This document shows, piece by piece, positions 41,949-54,747 of a stretch of DNA of 64,000 bases. Both the position numbers and the translations under genes were made by a program. Position 1 is the stretch's first letter. Each line of letters begins with the position of its first letter. The notes under the pieces are model-generated. The model was not told the origin of the DNA, made no database searches, and saw only the letters and a program-made list of their open reading frames with translations. The DNA comes from the human T2T-CHM13v2.0 reference genome, Homo sapiens. The DNA is taken from NCBI RefSeq assembly GCF_009914755.1, contig NC_060930.1; one strand, 5' to 3'.

Positions 41949-42872
41949 CATGTCTAGAATTAGTTCCTTCCAGTGGGTTCTTGGTCTCACTGACTTCAAG
42001 AATGAAGCCAGGGACCTTGGCAGTGAGTGTTACAGCTCTTAAAAGGTGGTGCGTCCAGAGTCATTTGTTGCTCCTGGTGGGTTCGTGGTCTTGCTGACTT
42101 CAGGAGTGAAGCCTCAGACCTTCGCAGTGAGTGTTACAGTTCTTAAAGATGGTTTGTCCAGAGTTTTTTCCTTCAGATGTTCAGATGTGTCTGGAGTTTC
42201 TTCCTTCCGGTGGGTTCGTGGTCTCACTTGACTTCAGGAGTGAAGCCGCAGACCTTGGCAGTGAGTGTTACAGCTCTTAAAGGTGGCACGTCCAGAATCG
42301 TTTGTTCCTCCTGGTGGGTTTGCGGTCTTGCTAACTTCAGGAGTGAAGCCTCAGACCTTCGCAGTGAGTGTTACAGCTCAGAAAGGTAGTGCGGACCCAA
42401 AGAGCGAGGAACAGCAAGATTTACTGTGAATAGCAAAAGAACTAAGCTTCCACACCATGGAAGGGAACCCGAGTAGGTTGCCAGCGCAGGCTTGGGTTGC
42501 CAGCTTTTATTCCCTTATTTGGCCCCGCCCATGTCCTGCTGATTGGTCCATTTTACAGAGCAATGATTGGTCCATTTCACAGAGTGCTGATTGGTCCCTT
42601 TTTACAGAGTGCTGACTGACGCATTTACAAACCTTTAGCTAGACACAGAGCACTGATTAGTGCGTTTTTACAGAGTGCTGATTGGTGCGTTTACAAACCT
42701 TTAGCTAGACACAGAGCATTCATTGGTGCATTTTCACAGAGTGCTGATTGGTGCATTTACAAACCTTTAGCTGGACACAGAGGGCTGACTGATCTGTTTA
42801 GAATCCTTTAGCTAGACAGAAAAGTTCTCCAAGTCCCAACCCGACCCAGAAGCCCAGCAGCTTCACCTCTCA
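41949..42872 (-). mobile_element. LTR12 (ERV9) solo LTR
   Basis: Minus strand begins TGAGAGGTGAAGC..GCTGGGCTTCTGGGTCGG. U3 tandem CCAAT repeats; U5 repeats 'tgacttcaggagtgaagcc..cagtgagtgttacagctc'. 4-bp flanks ctag/ctaa. Confidence 0.97.
42500..42760 (-). promoter_or_regulatory. LTR12 U3 promoter (NF-Y CCAAT cluster, GC box, AATAAA-type TATA)
   Basis: ATTGG at 42542, 42566, 42590, 42681, 42722 and 42747; ccccgccc at 42523-42530; ttttatt at 42505-42511. Activity at this locus is not shown. Confidence 0.6.
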
Positions 42873-45384
42873 CTAAGAGTGCCAGAAGCAGAAGGTGGTC
42901 ATCCCCACTCACGCAGTCAGGCAAGAGTGTGATTCCTCCCTTCCTCCCACTTTCTCTTCTATTTAGGCCCTCAGTGTATTGGATGATGCCCAGCCACACT
43001 GGTGAGGACCAACTACATTGTTTAGTTCCTCATCTCAAATGCTAATCTCCTCCAGAAACACCCTCACAGACCCAGAAATAATGTTTAACCAGGTATTTGG
43101 GCATCTAGTCAGTTGAAACCTAAAATTCACTATTACAGCCTATATTTATTTTTGTATTATACCTAAGTTTGCTCATATTTTCCTGTAGGAGTTAGCTACA
43201 ACAATGATGAAGACTACCATGCTTTAAAACAAGTTTTGAAACCATATAGTTAGAAAGACAAAGACATCAACCATCGCCATTTCTAGCACAGTTCTCCTCC
43301 TGACATAGAGAAAATTGTCCGAAGTAGAAAGTCTATCTTCCTGACCTATAACATGATTATGTGTCGGTATGTAGTTATTAATTTATTATGTCCTAAATAA
43401 CTTCAGACTTAGGCATAAATCCCTTCAAGTCTAATTTGGCTGTTTGGTATCCTTAAACAAATATAAATCTCCTATGTGAATGTCATACCAAGAAGCAATT
43501 TTAATTCTAAATTATTTGTGTTAGGATATGATGGTTTTATAAGGTTTTAGCTTAATAAAACATATACTCCTATACATATATATTCAACTCCTTACTCTTG
43601 TTTTCACTTCTTTCTTATGTATCTTGATACTGGTTCTTCTTCTCGTATAGCATTAGAGATAGATAAAAATCTTTGCTTTTAAGAACTATTGCAATAAAAT
43701 CTAATACACCCTAGTTTTTCCCGTCTTTAGTCTTGAAGGAATTAAATTTGCTAGAGTTTTGTGAGACTTTTATTCTTGAAATATATAACTTGTTCAGTGG
43801 ACCACTAAGTAAAAAATTATCTTCTGAATATATGAAGAATATATAAATTGAGAACACATCAATTCTGTCCCAATAGAAAATACAGTCTTTGACAAAGGGA
43901 CAACAAATAAACAATCAATTTAAAATCCATATGTGTGAATTGCATTAATCATGAAATATTACATTTGATTTATTTTAATTCTAACTTTTAAGGGCATTAT
44001 ATAAGATATATAATAGCTCAGTATTATTTTCCCAAATACAAATTTAGCAATATTTGGAATTAACTTTATAAGATGTTCCTTATTAACTAACTAGAGAATA
44101 ATTGATTTTCGTTATATTTTTCCTTGGGGATTTACAGAAATTGTCTTTAGAGAATTTAATCCATGAAAACTATGATGATAATATGTTAGAACATATTCAT
44201 TAAATTCTGGTTTGCCTTTAAATATTTCAACTATTTGCCCTTCAAAATTTCTCATAAACTATTCCATAGTAGACTAAATTCAAATTAGGAATGTGATACA
44301 AATTTCAATAATGTCTTGTTCATGGCACCAGGAGCATAAATGAAAATTTAAATTGAAAGAGATCTAACTGGGGGCGGGGGCAGTAAAATGTAGAGAACAT
44401 TTACCATGCACAGATCTATCAGACTTCATGATGGCCAAATCAGAACAGACACCAATTCTAACCTACCTGTGCCCTCCAACCAGAGTAACTGGTATAGCAG
44501 CAGCCCTACTTTTAGACAATATTTTCATATTGGCAAACTCTCCCTACAGCAACATATAGTAAAGAAACATAGTACATATGTTTATATAGTATATAGCAAC
44601 ATATACTACAGCAACATACAGTACAGACAAACAAGTTAATTTGAAGCTCATGAGTATTAAACGAGAGGATTAAATAGAGGGTGGGTACAGAAAGGGAAAC
44701 TAAGGGGTTGCTTACTAAGGATGAATATCCAAATGGCGCCAGTTTAGTCAAGAGTTCAACATCAAAATATCTTATAATGTTGATATTGTTGAATTTATAG
44801 CATTCTGTTTCTTTCATGGTTTTCTGTCTTTTATTTGTTTGGTAGGCATTGTCAATAAAATATTATGATTAAGTCGTTTTCATTTTTCTCTCCATTGTTT
44901 CTACAAAGATGTTGTAAGTTTTGTTGCAACAGAAGAAAAAAAAATTAACATAGTCATTGCAAATTCTAAAGTAAATGGTTCCAAAAACATTATATGCGAT
45001 TCAATTTCTTAGCTGATACTATATTACATCTGCAGAGAGAAATAAGAACCTAAATGAGAAATAGCAAATTACTTCTTCAAGTTTTAAAATCATTAAATAA
45101 CGAGAGCAAAGATGTAAATGATCTGAGCCAACAATCAACAAGTATTAATAATTGGTGAAGGTGCTTTAGCAGCAAAGGAGTGAAACAAATGCACTATTTT
45201 TGTGTGTGTGAGGTGGTATGTTCATTGATTAAAACAAATACATAAATCCAAACATTTAAGTTGATATCTCCCACAATCACGGTTCCTATATTGTCTTCAA
45301 ACCATGTCACTTTTACCACATTAATTAGAAATCGCTACATTCTAGATAAAACCAGCCTTGCTTTTTTTTTTTTTTTCTTCTACA

Positions 45385-45535
45385 ACCTTGCTACTCAAAA
45401 TACTGCATGTACAGGAGTTAATTAGAAGTGTAGAAGTGCAGAATTTCAGGTCCCAAACAGATCTGCTGAATAGGACCTTAATTTTAACAAATCTACAAGT
45501 GATTCAAATATACATTAGATTGAGAAAAACTCCAT
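45385..45535. mobile_element. MER5A-family fragment
   Basis: 'tgctactcaaa...tagaagtgcagaatttcaggtccc..cagatctgctgaat...ttttaacaa...gtgattca...ttgagaa'. Confidence 0.7.
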
Positions 45536-45599
45536 TTAGAAAAACTGTTCAACAATACTATTAAATTTTTATAGAGAAATCTAAGAGCACAAAGAGTGT

Positions 45600-46399
45600 T
45601 GATATGGATGGACAAGAGACAGGGAAATACTGTATAGAAGAGGGTGGTTACTCATCAAAGACCCCACTCTCAAGCCTGAAGACCTGTGGCCCTAAATAAG
45701 GACAGGCATTCCTGTTTTTGTACCCAAAGAGTTGCCTTTTGGCCCACTATGCCCCCTATCCTGCACCCATATAAACCATGAATCCTAGACTCCAGAAGCA
45801 GACCAGCAAGTCAGCAGATCAGCAGATGGACAGACATGGACGGACTGCAGAATGAAGCCGCAGAAAAAGAGAGAAGGAACAGTCGAATGCCTAGAGGAGT
45901 TTGGCTGGGGGTGGTTGGAGAGGAATCCACAACTGGGCAGCCTGACTCCAGGGGAAGATCACCTCCCCACTCCATCCCTACATTCTGGCTCCCCATCCAC
46001 CCCGCTGAAAGTCACCTCCATCACTCAAACCTTGCATTCAACCTTCAAGCCTGTGAGTGACCCAATTTTTCTTGGAAGTGGGGCAAGAACTCAGGATACA
46101 GAAAGCTGTTACACTGGCCCTCTGCCCTTGCAGAAAGGCAGAGGGTCCATTGATCTGAGTCACACTCAAGCATTCTGTGGACAGCAAAGCTGAAAGAGTT
46201 TTGTAACACTAGGTTTACAGGCACCCACACCTTAAACACTGCTGTAGGATTGGAGCCCAAAGCACTCACCCCGGCCTCTGCATCTGCCTGTCTGCATGCT
46301 CCCTTGACTGCAAGGGTTTGAGCAGTGGGGGGACCTAACAGGCCAGCCACACCCCTCTTGCACATCCTGTGAGGGGGATCAGGGAACTCTCCTGTTTCA
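45600..46399 (+). mobile_element. LTR1/MER50-group ERV1 solo LTR
   Basis: Starts tgatatgga...agacagggaaatactg..tagaagaggg; TATA-like 'ccatataaa' near 45770; ends 'gggatcagggaactctcctgtttca'. Flanks gtgt/ctgt. Confidence 0.88.
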
Positions 46400-46852
46400 C
46401 TGTCACCATTTTTATGTTACATTCAAAATTAATTTTTCAAAATAAATTAATATTCCTCAGGCAGCAGGGAGAAACTTGATTCGAAAATATCCACTCTTAA
46501 CATTTTAGTTCCCACAAATGGAGCTCCCTGTCCTTGGTCCATTTTACACCTGGCTCTGCTCTATACTATGAGGATTCTTTATGCAAATGGGCTTGACAGT
46601 ATGAATGTTCAAGCTCTATACACTCACTTCTATAAATAGCCACCCAATGGCCACCCTCAACCCTATGATGCAACACTTCAATGCAGTAGTAAGATACACA
46701 TGTCAGTAGTAAGATACCAGTTACTACTTTTAGACTTAGAGCATGGTTCCAGACAGGTGTGGGATATAAAAGAACATAGCTTAAGTTCAAGACTGGAGCA
46801 AGGCACAGTTAAAGGAGGACCAGAGCAGAAGATATGGATAAATGGGGCCCAT

Positions 46853-47170
<318 letters not shown>

Positions 47171-48717
47171 AAGTGGGGCCCATGTCTGGTGCCCAAGCTT
47201 CCTGGGTCTATGGTCATTACTCTTTGTGAAGATCTTGTAAGATTTTGGACCAATAACTTAGGATGTATTTAAAAATCCTTTATGTAGAAGTGACTTTTTA
47301 AAACATTAACACTTTTCAAAATGCACCCAAATTAGTATTATAATTTTATAAAGTTCTGTGCAAATAATGCTCTAAGAGCAGAAAAGAAAATTCCCTTTAG
47401 AGCAGTGAGAGTCTGCAAGATACATCTCCTTTAAGTTGGAGATGAATTAAAAATCTTCCACGTTTGTTAAAGTAACTTAGAAAACCTCCTAAATCCAAGT
47501 TTCTGTCTGAGTTTCCTTTTCCACAAACACTCTGGTTTATAATGTATTTCACATTTTTATCATGTGATAACCCTCATACCTTACTGTGATATGCATAAAT
47601 ACATTTTTAATCTAAAATACATAGTTAAGCACTGAAATGTAAGAATCAGGGAAAAGATCAGTGAGGAAAATAAATTGTGTTTCCTATAAGAACAAAAACA
47701 GAACGCTAAAAATCTCTTTTCTCTTAAATAGGTTATTTTAATTCTGAGCTGTACATTCATCATTTCTTTCCTAGACCTTTAGGATAAAAAGCACACACAT
47801 CTAAATCTGAATATTAACATTCAGTAAATATTTAAATTAGTACTGAAGAGAAGTATTCTGCAAGCCCAATAGAGTGTGCTCACTCATTCATAACTTCTTT
47901 CAGCTCTTTGCTTTGTGTCTAAACACTGTTTTCTATAATGCTTAATATATTTACAATAAATATAAAACTTGGTTAAATAATTTCCTTTTACTACAGGGCT
48001 GAAATTAATTTCAGTTTGTCACAAAGAAAGTTAAAGTGTTGTAGACTTTTTTTTTGAAAAGGCATGTAAAGCATAATGCTAATCATAAGTTTAACTGAAT
48101 CAAAACACAAAACAGGCACTTTCATAATGTATTCAATCTCTAATTGAAATTCAACATCATTTAGAAATTAAAATTTTTAGATGTCATAATTGCTTCAAAA
48201 ACCTTTTGTGCATTATATGTTAAATATTTGACTGCATTAAAAAGTATTTAACTGATTGTTGTTAAATCACTTAGACACACTCTCAGCAAAGAGCTTATGC
48301 CAAATAAGTCAATTGTTGCAATCTATTATACCAGCAAGTAAAAGCCATCAACATTTTTGCAGGCATCATCATCCACACACTTCAAAAAGTTAATAACTCA
48401 AATATTTTGTTTTATAATTTAAATCTCCTTTACCTCTTCCTCTCAAGATTTGGATTTTTGTTACAAGTCTCTCGATGGAAACCCTTAATCTAAAAAAAAT
48501 TTATCATTTCACTTTAACTGTGCCTTCTCTGCCTGTCTGATTTATGCTCTAAACATATGCACCGTGATGCCTTTGGAACTAGGTTATGGCCTTGAGTTCT
48601 CAAGGTCAAGTGCATGGTTGACAATTTTTCCTTACAAGTGTGCCGGCCATATTGATATGGGATTATAGGAGGTCCTTTTCACAGTATTATATTACACATT
48701 CATTCTATGCATGTTAT

Positions 48718-50226
48718 TTTTTAATAAACATTATTTTATAATAGTTTCAGATTTACAAATTACAAAGATATTACAAATTTCCATATGCCTTACATCTAAT
48801 TGCCCCTATTTTTATAATCTTACATTAGTATAGTCCATTTGTTATAATTGATGACCAATATCAACATATTACTAAAGTAAATAACTTTGTGATTTTTCTT
48901 TCTTTTTTTTTTTCTTTTCCTCCAGGATTTCATTCAGAATACCACATAATGCTGCCTGTCTCCTTCAGCTACTCTTGGCTGTGACAGTTTCTCAGAGTTT
49001 ATTTTGATGTCACTGATTGTTTTGAGAAGTAATGGTCAAGTATTTTGTATAATGTCTCAATCAAAATGTATATTGTAGTTTTCTCATGATTAGACTGTAA
49101 TTATGTGTTTTGGAGGACGAAAACCACAGAGGCCAATTGCTATTTTCATGACAACATACAAAGGGTACAAACCATCAACATTACTTAGCAATCACTGTTT
49201 ATATTTACTTTGATCATCTGGATGAAATAGTGTTTGTCAGGTTTCTCCACTGCAAAGTTACTCTTTTTTTTTTTTTATTGAACTCTTTAGAAGAAAGTCA
49301 CTTTGCACAACCCATACCTAAGAAGTAGAGAATTATTTTCCACCTCCTTGAAGGTAGAGTATCTTTATAATTATTTGGAATCCTGAAACAATTTTTCTCT
49401 CATTCCTATTCATGTGTATATTCAACCATTTTTACATCAGTTTGGATTCATGCATATTTGTTTCGAACTTTTACTTAGAATCTGCAACTACATTATTTTA
49501 TTGGTCAAATTATTCTAGCTGTGGCTTCTGGGAACTCTTTTAGTTGGATCTTGTGTCACTTTCATATAGCCCCATCAATGTGTTACTGGGTTTTTTTCTT
49601 ATTGTTTTGTCTTGATTTTATCACTTTCTTACTTTACAGCACTATAAAATTCTTCAGACCTAGCTTGTATGTTTTCTGCCCCATCTTAGGATCAGCCATT
49701 TTTTTTTTCAAGAAACCCTGCTTTATTTTATTGGAAAACAATATTAGAAACCAAAATCTAGGAGCTAGATGTGCCCATTACTACTAGGATATCATTATCT
49801 CTAGACCCTCTCAGCTGACAGAGCAAGGAAATATATGTGTGTATACTAACCACTGTATACACACATATCTATTAATATTTCCTTATGTAGCCATTCATGT
49901 CTATGTTAAACCGATTAGTGTTAAACTTCAACACTAATTCATTACAACATGAATAACTTTAGCCTTCTTTCTTTGCTTATCTATAAATTCTCACTCCAGG
50001 AGCAGAAGAAACCTGCCTCCCACCATCTTCCATCCATTTACTTACTTGTTCAATTCCAGTATATATGTATAAGAGTTTCAGAATTTTCAACCTCTATCCC
50101 TGAGAGAAACACCTTTACTGTTTCTTACAAATAGAATATAGTGCTTATATGCAGCTCTTGTCTTTTGGTCTTCTACCTCAATTACATGATCAGTCCAAGA
50201 ACAGTCATTGATTTTCAGTCCGTTCA
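48718..50226 (-). mobile_element. L1MC/L1MD-type 3'UTR
   Basis: 'tagtttcagatttaca', 'ctcttggctgtgacagtttctcaga', 'gtgtttgtcaggtttctccactgcaaagttac', 'tattagaaaccaaaatct', 'ctagaccctctcagctgacagagc'. Confidence 0.85.
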
Positions 50227-51891
50227 GGTTTTTTGTTTTGTTTTGTTTTGTTTTTTGTTTGATGAACAAAATGACAATTTCCAAGCTCTTTCCATACGGA
50301 ACTGAAAAGCTATGTTTTTTTTATAATTACATTTATTTAACTTCATACAAAAAGAAACATTACAAAGAATGAGAGATTTAAAGTTACATTCACTTGGAGT
50401 ATGTGATTTTAACTAGCATTTTCCCCAAGGTAAAGAAAATGAAGCTAAAGTGTGATATTTTAGGTATACACAAGTTCCTAGAAGAAAAAGTTCTGAGTAG
50501 CCTAAAGTAGGCCTGGACACTATTTCTTTTGGTCTTGACAGTAGACCACAATGTTTTGAGCATGTTGATTCATTTTGCAAATGAATTAATTATTCATTAT
50601 GTGATGTGTTAAATGTTTAGTTAGCATTTAAATATATTGATGTGAGATACAGAAACCATCAACATGACTTAGCAATCATGTGAAACAGTTTCTTCTTTAA
50701 TCATTATATATTGAAGGAGGGTACTTAAAAAGATGCTCCACTGTTTGCTTATCAGTGGGCACAGTTCTCATAGAAACATGATGGTTTGGGGGAAAATAAT
50801 AAATAATATTTCTTATGACATGATGACCCAGGGTTAATGGTAGAAAACTCAGGCTTCTGGGCCCTCAAAGAGAGGACAGGCAAAATTTATTTTAGGAAAC
50901 TAATGCTTAATAATTCAAACTAATTAGCCATAGAAAATACGAAGGATGAAATATGCTTTGGATAAAACCACATTGTAAAATATAGAAATTATATATGAAG
51001 TTAGAACTTTTAGAATATTTGTCAACAGTATGTGCTCTCTATATACATGCATATGTGTGTTTAATTGAAATCCTGTGCCTCAAACTTAAAGACAATTTAG
51101 CATAATTTTAAATATGGGCCATGTTCATGCTATAACAATATTTCTGGTTCATAAACAGAAGCACACACTTTCCAACACCACAGTGTTGATGAATATGTGG
51201 TTACTGAATTCTAACCAGCTAAAGGAAAAATGCACGAGATCTCAAGTATTTAACTCAATTCTTCAGGACCAGGTTTAAAGTTTCACAAATATTCGTAAGC
51301 CTAAACTCTATTGTTTGTATTTCAAGAATCTTAACCAAAAGGAAACAATTTTAACTTTAGAAATATTTTGGTCAAATTAATTCCACCATAATTAAGTACA
51401 CAAACCACTGATTGTGAAACACTTTAAAAATTCTTGGAGGGAATGTGATAATCTAAGTTCCTCATGCCGATGTGGTTTTAATATTTTATTGTCCTTCACT
51501 TTTACTCAATCTATAAACACCAGCCTTTCACGTTACCATGATGAGAACACAAGGCCGTTTATTATTATTGCAAGAGTATTTGAGGTAAAGTGTAATAGAA
51601 TTGAATGTTTTAAAAATATTTGATGAAATCAAATGTATTTTTAAAGATTATGAAAGGTCTAGCTAAGTTCAAAGGTCATACTTTGGTGATAAAATACACC
51701 GCTTCAAAGTGAAAATAATAGGCTTTCATTTATGGCGGTATTAGTCGTTTCATTCTTTTCAAATGCATTTCTATGTAACTTAGAAAAGTAGGAAACAGAG
51801 AGAGTCAGAGATATAGGTGAAACTTTCCTCAAAATATAACATAAGAAATTTGGTCTTTAGTGCAGTTTATGAAAAAGTTGAGATTTTTGTC

Positions 51892-51918
<27 letters not shown>
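51892..51918. repeat. Poly-T tract (~27 nt)
   Basis: Read directly; not attached to a recognisable retroelement body. Confidence 0.9.
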
Positions 51919-51922
<4 letters not shown>

Positions 51923-54747
51923 CAGGGAATTTAGCTTTAACTTAAAAGCCCTTTCACTGGTGAAAATTGATTTTTTTTCTTAATCTAGAGGAAACGAAAT
52001 ATGTGTAGCCCAGCAGAGGAGGGAGAGGAGGTCAAGGGGTAAACAGTTTGATGCGGCACATCTTGAGCTCAATCCTGGGCATGTGATCTCTCACACTTAT
52101 GTCCTCCCAACAGGGAGAATCCAGCAGTGGTTTAGGCTTAAAATGCTGAGAAAAACTTCAAACAAATGTCTAAGAGAGTCCCTAGAACATTTAAACTTTT
52201 CTGTCACAGTCTTTGCTGTTCAATTATTTTTTTTTTAACAGGATAGATGTACACTGGCAACTCAGCTGAAATTTTCTTTATGGTAGCTCTTTCATTATGG
52301 AGTGAGTGGTCTTTAATTAAGCTCTGAATCTGATCAAGTCACACTTTTTTTTTAAGACACAAACTTCAAGTGGAGAAAATCTCCTTGCATTTATTTTATT
52401 CTTGTTCAAGGATTAAAGTGGGCATGATTTTCTGTAATCCCACACAGCCCTTCATAGCTAAAAGTTAATATTTCCAACTGGTTGCTTTGAGATTCCATAC
52501 ATATGGCTTAGGAATGAAGTCATCCACAATTTCCATATTGAGAAATAAATTATGGACACCATCTCTAGAATTCAGTTTCTTTAAATAAGCTGAAGATTTG
52601 TTCTCTTTTTCTCCACTATGTTTCTATGCTAGTACTGTGTTATAAGTGTGAGGGCACCTCAGATTAGGCATAATTCTAAAATAATTCTAAAATTGAAGTG
52701 CCATTCATTTGATTAGAAATGTTACTTGATTTTGTTAAACTACTCATGTTTTTACTTTCAAAAATGTATGTTTTGTCACTTATTTTGTTTTCTATTTTAA
52801 TTAAAGTTAACATTTTTTAGAAAAAAAGAAAGAGTTTTGCTCTCTTTCCCCAAACTACAAACTAACAAATCAAGAAATAAACAATTTTTGAAGTATCATT
52901 CATTCTTTGGATTTTGTAAAATACTAGCTTGTCAGAAAAAATTTCCAATTTTTAGCCAGATGTTTTGCACTCTTTTGCACATAGCCACAGGATAGTTAGA
53001 AGCGTGATCTACTAGCATTTACTACCAAATAGATTGTTGAAACTTCAAGCGGGAAACTGCCATAAACACTTTAATCAACAAGCCCCTTGAAGTAAAATGA
53101 ATTAAGGCATTTAATTAAAAGAGACTCACTGGGCAATATGCATCCTGAATTTCTCTATGTAAATTATTATGTCAACATAGTTTCCTCTACAGTTTTTCAA
53201 TCTTGCTTTTTTTCTTAAGTCTATGAATTAACATATTTACGGTTAAAACTATGCCTGAACTTTCTTATTTTCTCCTTCAAACCATTATTTTTCCCAGCAT
53301 GTCCTTTGTTTGCTTTTCTCATCTCCTTTAGCACTTTGAATAATGACCTCTTCTTCCTCATTACAAACAATATTTGTCAATCACATCACTTATTCGTCCA
53401 CAATTTTATAGGATTTTTCATTGTATAAAAATCACACAATCCAAAGGTGTTAAATAGAAAGGCACATATTTTTCAGTTTAAATCAATTATACGTCTGCAT
53501 AGCCTAGGCATCAGTAGGCTAGCAGTCTCATTGAGGTTTCTCTATCACTAATCCAAGGAGTTATAACATAATTCTCTTTACTCCATCTACTATTTTAGAA
53601 TTTTGGGGTCTAGGAGTGCAGATGGAAAATGAATGATAAAAGGATTTCATAAAGTATAAATATTCATTATTGTTCCCAATATGCTGCTTATTTTTCAGAT
53701 CCTGCTGGGTCCTGCCAGAAAAACAGAGGGTGTTCACTAAGGGAGCACACTTAATGGAAAATTCGTTGCATTTTTCCTAATGCTCAAATTGGCAGTCTGT
53801 GTGTCATATGTTGAACACACAGAAATTCATATACGTGCTTGGGGCAGTTCAACACAATCCAGGAAATGTTCATAAACTTGATTTTCATATGTATTTAATA
53901 TCAGATATGAGAGAACAAAGGGAATACATCTTTTTATAAATAATTAGATCCAGTATGATTAATGATGTCTGCATGTTGCATGTTTATATGTACAAACAAA
54001 TACATATGTATGTAGTCACTATATGAATATATTCCATTTGTTTAATAAGACTTATTTACTTAGAATCTAAAAATAAGGTGAAACAGATCTTAATAACCAA
54101 ATACATGTTTAAGGAGTTCTGTTCAATATTTAGAATAGATTTTAAATAGAGTAAGTATGTTTATCAACCTATGGTTTTCATAACACAGCTTTGACTATTG
54201 TTCTGTATTCATAATAATTACTGGAAACATTTTACCTCCTCTTTATAATTGCCATCAATTATGCTAAACTATAAATCCAAACTTTCTTAGAAAACCGAAA
54301 GATGCATTATTTACAAAGAAAGAAGCATTTCTTTCTAGGAAAATTAGTGCTGTTACTACAGAATCGAAGAAGAAAAATGATGTTAATAAAATCTTCAGTT
54401 TAGCTTCATTAAATATTTTTATTAGTTTCATGTTACTTCAGCTCTTTCAAAAATATACATCTCACATCCTACATTATTCTACTTACCAAAAGATACTTAC
54501 CATGAGAAAGGTAAACTGCTCTTTTATTCTGAATACCTCATTTTTTCATAGTGTTGATTAGACAATAATCAAGTGCACATGAAATTCTGAATTCAAAGGA
54601 TTTTTTCCAATCTCACCTTAAGTAAAGATGTGTAAAATGTGAAAAGAAATTTCAGGAGGATAACAGAATAAATATTTTAAATAAAGAATAAAATGCCAAG
54701 AATATGTGACATTTAAAAGAAGGTACAGAAAGATAAATATCAAAATA

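Larger units (their letters stand above)
41905..43137 (-). mobile_element. MLT2 (ERVL) solo LTR, interrupted by LTR12
   Basis: Left end 'tgtattagttaggcctctccagagaaacag'; right part 'caaatgctaatctcctccagaaacaccctcacagacccagaaataatgtttaacc...aaaattcactattaca'. TSD gtcta/gccta. Confidence 0.88.

Noticed and set aside
41970-42830. Regularly spaced repeats superficially like a CRISPR array
   Set aside because: These are the U5 and U3 tandem subrepeats of LTR12. The spacers are not unique, there are no cas genes, and the DNA is mammalian.
45811-46365. Cluster of overlapping ORFs of 61-113 aa
   Set aside because: All lie within the GC-richer LTR1-like solo LTR, where stop codons are naturally rarer.
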